Assembly (NCBI GenBank): GCA_051294375.1
Contig: CM119270.1
Location: 19,085,953-19,149,952, forward strand
Origin: Paraspadella gotoi
Taxonomy: Eukaryota; Animalia; Chaetognatha
DNA length: 64,000 bases
Direction of reading: 5' to 3'
The translations under genes were made by a program, and so were the position numbers. The notes under the pieces are model-generated. The model had not been told where the DNA came from and ran no database searches. It was given only the letters and a program-made list of their open reading frames with translations. This document shows positions 39,085 through 64,000 of this stretch, one piece after another. Every line of letters begins with the position of its first letter. Within the stretch, counting starts at the first letter, position 1.

Positions 39085-39990
39085 TTATAACGGATTCAGA
39101 TAGCCCATAAAAAGTTGTCTACCCAAAGTAAAATGCGTTTTTCAATATTTCGATGATGGGTGGTGGGTCAAATAATGGAAAATAATTTTATAGTTTTTGC
39201 TAATTTTAACAAATAGAACATGAAAATTTGGAAATATTGTAATAATATTTTTTATTTATTTTTTAAAGAGAATGACGACGACGATGGCGACAACGACAAT
39301 AATGCTAATAACGATTGACTTGATTGATTGATTGATTGATTGTTTGATTGAATAATTAAATATTAGATAAATGGATTGATTGAATAATTAAAAAAAAGAC
39401 ATAAATTGATTGATTGAATAATTAATTGATTGATTAATTGACTGATTAATTAATTATTGATTAATTAATTGACTTATTGATTAATTAACTGATTAATTAT
39501 TTGATTAATTAATACATCTTGCATATACATTTAATATAGAAAGAAAAAGAAGAATAATCAATTAGAGAAATAGGTTTTTTGTTTTTTCCATTTAAAATCA
39601 TTTACACTCTGACGATTCCATCGAAACTTGATTTCTAGTTTAATCACACACTTTCTTACCCACATACAAATTTTCAAGTAAATCGCCTCATCCACTAATT
39701 AGAAATTGGCGTTCAAATAGTAAAAAATATTTTTTTGTTTTTTTCAATTTAAACTCATTTCCACTTGGACGATTCCATCGAAACTTTATATCCAGCTCAA
39801 TAACACAATTTCTTACCAACACACAAAATTTCACTCCAATCCAACCATCCAATTGCGAGTAATTTAAAATTTTTGCTAAGGTAGGACAGACAGACAGATT
39901 GGAAAGGCCTAAAATTTTTTTGAGAAACTTTACATTTTAAGACCAGATTCAGATAGCTCATAAAAAGTTGTCTGTACAAAGTATAATTTT
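39085..39990. mobile_element. Degraded repetitive element with internal ~170-bp tandem duplication (Helentron/HINE-like, tentative)
   Basis: Two diverged copies containing GACGATTCCATCGAAACTT (~39611, ~39768), a short GACA microsatellite at ~39885, GATTCAGATAGCYCATAAAAAGTTGTCT at ~39093 and ~39946, and an (ATTG)-rich tract at 39310-39510. Confidence 0.4.
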
Positions 39991-41999
39991 TTTTTAAATA
40001 TTTTTATGATAAGTAGGTCAAAAATAAGAAAAACCGTAAAAAATCATCATCATCATCATCTTTCGATGACTTTATCGCTTTTTTTAGATTTTTACTGAGA
40101 AAACGTAAGAATTTTTAAAAGCTGTAATTATATTTCTTGTTTAAATTTTTATGCTCTATCAGAATCTATCAAAAAACTTTAAGATTTCAATATTTTTTTC
40201 TTTTTACAATAACATAATAATTTAAATTAGGCTAGTACCCTCAGAAAAAAGCATTTTTGACCAAAAAAATTTTAATACTATAATGTATGCTCATGATAAA
40301 TTATTTTAACGCTGTATACATTAGCATTTAAATTTCATCGGCTATGGCTAATTAAAGTAATTATAGAGTCGGAATCTGCTGATAAGCAGATCTGACTAAA
40401 AAAACGTCCACGATTTCTTTATCAGGGTACAAAATTTGAAGTTGCTACAACAAATAATTTAGCCACAGTATTTGATCCTTTCATTTCATATCCATTTGAA
40501 ATCGGTATAAATGTTAGAAAAATAGGAAAAGGAAGGTTTTTTTTTAAATTCTGGTCATTACTTTCCAAAAAAGTCAGTTTCATAGTAGAATTTTTTATAT
40601 CAGTGACAAATTTTTTACAAGAATTTCAAACCATTTTTTTTTTCTCCAAAAAAAAATATGTGAAATATAATTTATGCATCAAAGCGCCAAGTTTAACTCA
40701 GAATGCATCAACGAAGAAAAAAAAAGAATGAAACGACTCCTTTCAAAACTCACCTCTAATTCAATTTGTTCCGATGTTTTGTTTTGTTTTTGTTTTTCCA
40801 AATTTAATCCCGGACAAAAAATAAAAAACAAAAAAGGCGATTCTAGGAAAAACCGAGGAGAAATAATTTAGCTTCAACGATCCTTCGCGGTCGTTTTATA
40901 CAAAGTCCCCCCCCAAAAATAAAAAAAATTTACATAACGTTGAATAATAGTTGGGCTGGTAAAGTACACGCGGGGAAAAAACAAAAACACACTTTACAGT
41001 TAAAAAAATCCCAAACATTTTTCAACGTCGTTTGTTTTGGTAAAGTCGAAACTTTAAGTTTTAATGTTATCGGATTCGAAGACGTTAATTCCCTGGGGAA
41101 TTCCACTCGATCGGGAATAACTTAATTTGGTTAACGACGATGACGAAGCCTTTTTTTTTTAAGTATCGGAGTCATTTAGTGCGATAGGGTCCAACGATCA
41201 TTCTGTTTGTATGTCTGTCCTTTAATTTTTATGTATTGTGAGTGTTATTGTTCGCGTTTGTTTACATATTTGTTTGCTGTTTTGTTCGAAATCGTAAAAA
41301 AAAAAAACCAAAAAACTACAAGCGTTTTTTTAAGTTCCCCCCATTTCTTGGTATTGTGTAATGAGTACTAAATAGGTTTTGTACTACGTTAAATGCCGCT
41401 TTTATTTTTCTCGGCATATCGGGATGTACGTCATTTAAATCAATTAATCAAAATAAATATCCTTATAACCGTTATCATATATGAGAAAAAAATAATCGTG
41501 AAAAAATATGGTAAAACATGTAATTTTTTTACTTTCATAAAATCGAATCAGGATCTAAGAAAACCTATAAACTGTGGCAGTTATTAAAGTGGGTTTATAA
41601 ACTTTTGATCTTTATAAATCATGTTTTAAATGAAACTAATTAGACATAGAAAATAACCGCTCACCCCTCTCAGAACGTAACTTTCCAATTAGCCTCATAA
41701 TTCCACATTTTATGGTGAGAACTTTTCGCGAGTTTCAGGACTTCCTCCTCTCACCTTACCCGGACAAACGTCACCTACCTACCGGAATTTTGAGACTTTT
41801 TTGTCGCGACCCGGATTCGATCCCGGATCCTTTCTGGCCGCCAAAAAAAAACTTATTTTCCAATGGGAAAAATAAATTTCCGCGTCTTTCGATTTTACGG
41901 CGATAAATCTAAATTCTGAAAAAATCTAAATCCCCGAAAAATTGGAAAAGACGCCACGAGAAGACGTAAAAGTCACAAGAGAGATAATAGTTTACGATC

Positions 42000-42044
<45 letters not shown>

Positions 42045-43146
42045 TTTTCTAAAAGATGACGAAAGACAAACATTCGTCTTTTCCTTTTTTTTTCTCTCTT
42101 TTCCTTTTCATCTCCTTTTTTTCACGATGTACGCAATGGGCAGTAAAAGTCGTTTCCCCTCTTCTTTTCATTTCCCTTTTTTTCTCCTGTCAATTTCTCC
42201 GTCTGTCCGTTCGATTTATCTCTCCGTCTCCCCGGATTTCGACCTGGATTTCTCTTTGTTCGCCTTTCAAGGTTTTCTTATTTTTTTTTTTTTTTTGCCC
42301 TTTACCTTTACGTGCATTTGATATCCGCTCTGCGTTTCGATATCTCTGCCCTTCTCTGTCTCTGTCTCTGCTCGTCTTTGTCTCTGTCTCTATGTCTGTA
42401 TGTCTCTGCCCGTCGCTAAAACGACCAACGAAGAAGACGACGTCGGAAGACGATGTTCTTCCCTTTTCAATTTGTTATTATTTTTGAAGTAAACAAACTG
42501 TAATTGTAATGTATTCTAACATTAATGTAAAGTAAACAAACTAAACAATTTACCAATAACGAAGTATTTCGCAACGATATTTGCAACGTTAACTAAATTC
42601 ACTCGTGATGATCACGGATTAAGATTTTCAAAGTTCTCCAGTCACTTTCGCATCCTCTGTGAGCTGGTGATGTCGTTTCCTCTTCGACTTATTAAAATTC
42701 CCCAACCACCGCTTGACTCTGTTAGGATTTTCACAAGTTTATATTCCTTCAATTTTTTTCTCCTGCTTTTCCGAAGTTTTTAACCGCAACTTAAGTCGTC
42801 TTGAGTCGCTTCCTGCAAAAAACGACGACGACGACGACGACGACGGCAAACTAAGTGACGAAATCATTGAGGACAACAAAGAAAAGCGAAATCATCAACT
42901 TAAAACTGCAGCAACAACAACTTAACGAGAGATGAACATTGAACAATAATTAATCAATAAAAAAAAGTTTGATTGGGATTGAGCTACGTTCCGGTCTACA
43001 TCGTCAACAACAACAACAACAACAACAACAACGACAATCACGACGACCACAGCACAAAAAAGGTTTTCCGCCTCCAGGAAGAAAAACCGAATGACTCATA
43101 TGTTTGTGGATCGTCGCCGCCCCCAACGCCTCCCCCACCCCGCTAT

Positions 43147-43222
<76 letters not shown>

Positions 43223-45782
43223 AACTACGCCCTCTCGGCTTTGATTTATCCGGGTTCCGTGATGAATAAACTACGAACCCAAACCTGAAAAGAAACAAAA
43301 AAAATCCGTTTACTCTATTTTCTCTTTGACGTCGTTTTTCGGTCGGAATCGATTTTGCGTCGCTTGAGAAATTGTAGAAAGATTAAAAAAATTTGTAGAA
43401 ATTGTAGGCCTAAAACTTTATTTGCATATTGCAGCGAGGCAAAATTGGCGACATTCTCGATACAATATTTATTAGTCAAGCTCCCAGATTAAAACGATAA
43501 TTCATTCCTCAAAGGTCAGTTTCTTTGTCAAAAATGTTATTAAAAAATATAAAGAAAATCCCTAAAAAATGGCTTGTGCCAAAAATTGTTAATTGATATT
43601 AGTATTAATTCATGGTTGGTTAATTTTTCCCCCGGTTATTGAGAAACGTTTGAATACTCTTATCTTAAAATCATGAAATGAAAAACATTTTGACATAAAT
43701 TACAGGTGACGGTAAGACGCTTACCCCGAACTGAATCGTTAATCTTTAACCGGAACTTTCTACATCCGCTTTGTTCTTGGTTAAACCGGAACTTATGTCG
43801 AGTAGAATTGACGGCAAAAGAGGAACATTATATTTATGTAACATCCTGCCCAGGAGGAGGAGAGGGAGGAGGAGGAGCAGAATATGAGGAGAAACAAACC
43901 AGGATGTGAAACAATAAGTTGTCGCAAGTTGTTCCGTCATAAATTCAAAGAAAATACTGCGTCGATATTCTCTGTTTTATCGACGCCCGCATTTTGCGTC
44001 GCATCCAGGAGGAACTTAAAAAGGGTAAATTCCCATTCGCCAAAAAAAATAGGTGACAGTGGACGATGGCTATAACAAGAAATATTCACATTGTACACTG
44101 AACCTCGCATAGGTTCTCAAATAAATAAGAATATTGAATAAGTCAAACTTTGAATGAAATATTAGTTTCTCTAAAAATTTGTTTAAATTCTTCAAATCCG
44201 GAAAAAAAATATTAATGCACGGTTTACCAAACCTCGTCGAGTGTACAATTTTCATTAAAGTTGCTTTGTGGAAATAAAAAAAATTGCAATTTTCTATAAT
44301 TGATAATTTTAGTGTCAGTTTCAGTTTTGTTGTCACGTGCGATCACGAGTTAAAGCTTATTCCGCTTAACTCTCACTCTCACGTTCGGATGTGAACGTCG
44401 TTTAACAATATAAACATTGAATTGTATTTTAAAAACATATTTAAACTCATAAACATTAAACATCACAAAAAAACCAATGATATAATAACAATATTTCGAC
44501 TATATTTTAGTCGGTAAGCGAGTGACATTTATAAGTGAAAAGTAAATAAAAATTAAGCATAATATATAAAAAAAAAAAACAACCAAAAATCAATGCGGGA
44601 ACGATTAATATCCGGATATTAAGAAGTTCCACGCATTCCCCTTTCCAAGTATAAACATCCTTAACGATTCATCAAAAAGTCCCTTTATTCTCGCTTTTTA
44701 TTCATATTTAGAGCCAGAGGTCATTAAAATCAAGAAAATGCTCGCTTTAAAATATTTTTTTAATACTTCCAGAGGAAATTACGCGTATTTATTTAGCCTC
44801 GGAAGTTTCCGTTATTTAAAACTCTCAGAAAAATTAAGTCCAATAATCTTACCACTTCTTATTAAAAAAAAAAGATAATTAATTTTAATCGCGATTAAAA
44901 AAAAAGATCATATCTCGCTGAGTCATACTTGGTTATTTTTAGTTCTTGGCAACGAAAACCCGAATGACGCCGCGATCACGCTTCTATTTTTAAATAATAG
45001 GGGAATACTTAGTATCAGGAAATATTTACATAATAGACCAAATTCAATTATCAAAGTTAGACATTGTATTTTGACTTTCTTTTTTGCTATTTAAAATAGT
45101 TTAGAGATGAAACGAAAAATTCGTTGTAATAGCAATTTTTATTTTTATTATTGTACATGTTTCGACTCTTAGTGTTACGAGTCTTCATCAGCAAGTGAAG
45201 ATGCTGATGAATTAAATTATCAAAGTTGAAAAAGACACCACAACGAAACAGAAAATTCTCAAAATTCCCAAAATCCAATCCAATCCGAGAGCGACCTTCA
45301 AAACACCCGATCAATCAGATACTTCGGAACGGCAAATACGAATTCAATAATAAAAAGGGCATTAAACAACCGAGATACTATCTCGTGACAAATAAAAATT
45401 TAACACCGTCTTCAAAAGATAATCAACAAATTCATTTATTTATTCTATTATTCAATCCCTAAAAAAACAAAGCAACAATGAGCTTATAAATGAACGAAAT
45501 AGCTAATTTAATCTCCGAAAAAAAAATAAAAATAAAAAGCCCTCAGGAAAGAAAATGATTCCAAGTTTTTTTTTCCCTCCTCGCTCAAACTTTCTTCGCT
45601 TCTGCATTGCATCTCTTACGTCACGACTGATTTTTCTCTGACGAACGAAGTCAGATCCTTTCCTTTTATTAATCCACCGCCTAATTCCAAAAACGCCCCT
45701 CAAGTGTTTCATAACCCCTTGATTTATATTGATTTTAATTTTAAACAATAATCCCTTTCCTTAATCCTTAAATTAATTCTTA

Positions 45783-45830
<48 letters not shown>

Positions 45831-46063
45831 CTCAAACCTAATCCGTGATCCCTTAGCAACTACGACATAAACGAGATAACCGACATTCAACAATAATTTA
45901 AACTTTGATAAGTGAAATAACGTAACATGACGAGGAAACAAAACGAAACGATTTTCTTTTTCGCCTTTGACGTCAACTGACGCGACGGTGTCGACCGTGC
46001 CCCGACCGTGACAGCGTCCAATTTAACGAACCTCTTATTTTACATGTCAGCGACCTTTGGAAC

Positions 46064-46111
46064 GGGTCATTGCCCGTGCCATTGTCCGCAATGTAGGTGG
46101 GTCATTGACCG
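46064..46111. promoter_or_regulatory. Cluster of IR-1 nuclear-receptor response-element-like sites
   Basis: GGGTCA-T-TGCCCG (46064), GTGCCA-T-TGTCCG (46076), GGGTCA-T-TGACCG (46099). Confidence 0.4.
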
Positions 46112-48541
46112 TATTATTAAAAGTGTCATCGACACGTTGGCCGAGTCCTTTTCTTTTCATCTCTCTTAAGAAAACAACAAAATTTCTTCATTATTCGAGC
46201 GTGTATTGATATAAAGTAGAAAACTTCTTTCTTAATTGATAGATAATTAAAACCATTTGAGCTTTTTTTTATCTATTATGACTCGAGTGAGAGATACCCA
46301 ATGGATATAAAGCTCCGAAGATTTATGTATTATTAGATAGTTACGTAAATAATTGATAGTCAAAGGCAAAAATAAAATGCCTTCCCTCTATACCAATACA
46401 CCAAAACGTCTCTATCTCTATCTCGCTTCTGACGTCAATCGTCACCGTCTGACGCGAGCAGAAATCAGACCAACAGAAATCTCGATCATTTTTCCCCTAG
46501 AATCGCATTTTATTGACTCCCAGGGGAACCGTCTCTCTCTCTCTCTCTCTGGTGTTTACGACGCGAGCGACATCGCCAGGCGACGTCAACGACCGCGTGA
46601 TTGGAGCGACTCCTTGAAGCGAGAAAATACCAACAAATGAGCAACGGAGATTAGGGTCGACGGCCGATCGGTCGCTTACCTTTTTGGAAACCACATATTT
46701 TTATATCGGTTTTTGAACTCAGAGAATCATATTTTAGATGTTATATTAGGTATCTTGAGAGTAATATTTTTTTTAAACAAAATTTCGTAGTAGTTAGGTC
46801 TCCTTATTTATAAATTACTCGTATCTAACTACTTAATTATAAGCGTACTTGATTTTTACTCTGAATCGATAAACATTCTGTGTGATTTTAAAAATGAAAA
46901 CGGTTTGACATTGTATTTAACGATATCTGCGTTGTGGGATGATGAACGCAACTGTTGACTTAAGAATTAAGTTTCATTTTATTTTCAATGAACCGGATCT
47001 TCGAAAAAAAAAACAATGAAAAAAAAAGAAGTTAAAAACTGGTTTTGTCCAGAAATAAGTTTTAAAGAGAACTTTAACCTCTCCAAAGAGATTGCTAATC
47101 TTTTCGATAAAAAAAACAAGAAAACCATTAAGATATTTCCTTCCCACCCACACTGTGGGTTCCACCGTCCTTTTCTCCCACTCATCTGCATTTCCAAGCA
47201 CCTTTCGCGTACGTTCACCCTTCGCCCACATCTTTTTATCTCACAGATTCACATTCCTCAATTATACCTCGCTGGACATTCACGGAGTCACATTATCATC
47301 CAACGATCCTCATATTCTTGGCCTTTCCAGTCACAATCTTTCACTCTCACTTCAAGACGTGCATTCAAAGCATCATTTTCCCTCACACACGCACTGTCAC
47401 AACTCACAACCTCTCTCTCACCCCAGGCCCCTTCGCTCCAAATTGGTTCCAATTTTCAAAAAAATCTCTTCATCGGGAATCCTCTCAAGACTCAAGTATC
47501 AAGACTTAAAAAGTAAGTCTAAACTAAGTTTAAAGCCTCACGACCGACCGCGTCCCTCCGCCCCGCGGTTTCGAGTCAACGAACTGATAAAGACGCGAAT
47601 AAACGATAGGGAACGCCTTTGGGATTCCGGGGTCAACGACTCCGACGTTCTTTTGTTGGTCGACTCTCATTTCGTAACATCGCTCGCTTGCGACATCTGC
47701 CTTGTTCTTTTAGCTTTTGAATAAAAAACGTGAAGTCATTCATAAAACTTTTATTAAATTTTTATTAAAAAAAGGCTTAATTTTCGATTCGCCGACAAGG
47801 CTTAGATGGGTTTAAGGTTAGGGAGGTTGGGGATAGGGGAGATTAGGGTTAAGGTAGTTGGGTAACAACTTTTACAATTTTTGTGGCACATTGAAATTTT
47901 GTGCAAAAAAATCCTGCCACTTTATATCAGTCCTTAAAAATTGCCTATTTACTTATATTTTTAAAAATTAAGCTATCCATTTAGGAGCTTTGATTTTTTA
48001 AAATGAAGTTGTCCACTACAAATTTAATTTAATACTAATCTCCTTTCTTCTAATATTTTGTAAATTTTGTAAAAAATAATTCTGAAGCTTTTAAATAACA
48101 TTGGATTTTCTCACTCACTTTTAAACCACTTGACCAATAGTGATAAAAATTACATACATAGATTCCTTATTTAAAAAACTTTATATTTCTTATAAAATTT
48201 ATTAAAATATTTTTATAAAGCGTCTGGATACTCTGGAATATAAAGTTATATAATGTCGCGTTTTTTCTGCACATGAGTAAAAATCCTAGTCGACGAATGG
48301 AAATTTTTACCCTCAAAAAAAAAAAAAAAAATAAGTGTTTTAGAACTATTGCCTATTGCTTAAAATTATTTTTTCATTTCAGTGAAGCAAAAAAACTCGG
48401 ACAAGAATGCTCCTTTATTTCAATAAAATTTACAAAACTCAACCATCATTCGCTAGTGACATCTCGTGATGCTAATTGCCCTTTGTTTTGTTTTTATTAC
48501 TCCATGATTCTACCTCCTTCTTCTTCCTCGTCCTCTTCTCC

Positions 48542-63520
<14,979 letters not shown>

Positions 63521-63633
63521 TGCGCCTGCGCAATTTAGAAGGAGTGATAAATATTATATCTAGCCTACGTTCCTGTTTGGTATTTTGCCCTCTCTCTTGA
63601 TATGTCGAATTCATTATTATTTTNNNNNNNNNN

Positions 63634-64000
63634 CGTCCAACTCCAGCAAATGCTGCAGCGAGTTGAGTGGACTCAGATCCTCGATGTAGTTGGATGCGAC
63701 GTCAATGACTCGGAGATGAGGGAACTGACGCAGCCTCGACAAGTCCGTCAACAGCAGTTCGTTGAGTTTGACTTTGATGAAGGTGTGCTGGAGTCCGTCG
63801 CCGATCTAGGTGGCGATGGGGTCATTATATTTGATATCTTGAGTTTTTGATCATTCGACGACATAACAGAGAAACAATTCCACAATCGTCACTCGTCACT
63901 CCTCATAAAGAGTAAAAAAAAAACCAAACTTTTAATTTAATTCTTCAAGACCAAAAAGAAAACTTAAAATGCCGACCATATCAGGAAAGAAAATTTCAAT
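63634..64000 (+). repeat. Apparently identical copy of ~51707-52073, including most of LRRC23 exon 2 (63634-63805)
   Basis: Starts immediately after an N gap and matches base for base as read. Confidence 0.9.

Overview
Eukaryotic, most likely invertebrate animal, draft-genome sequence: AT-rich, not obviously CpG-depleted, rich in (GA)n, (GAC)n and (CAA)n microsatellites, with several N gaps. Four spliced minus-strand genes can be supported. Two are tandem paralogues (306-2704 and 3215-4251) encoding small proteins with a signal peptide, an N/M/G-rich low-complexity region, an 8-Cys domain and a GPI-signal-like tail; I do not recognise the family. The third is a complete 7-exon Pim-family Ser/Thr kinase (23105-35031, 354 aa). 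The fourth is a 6-exon LRRC23-like gene (48542-63520), whose region contains redundant and error-rich copies that look like assembly artefacts. Mobile elements are a TA-flanked MITE nested in the terminal repeat of a short, highly structured TG...CA element, a 217-bp TGT...ACA TIR element carrying a tRNA-like cassette, and a foldback element. There are also several dense clusters of transcription-factor motifs. Most ORFs in the supplied track come from microsatellites or noisy sequence. No CRISPR array, rRNA or convincing functional tRNA gene is present. All homology statements come from recalled family features, not database searches.
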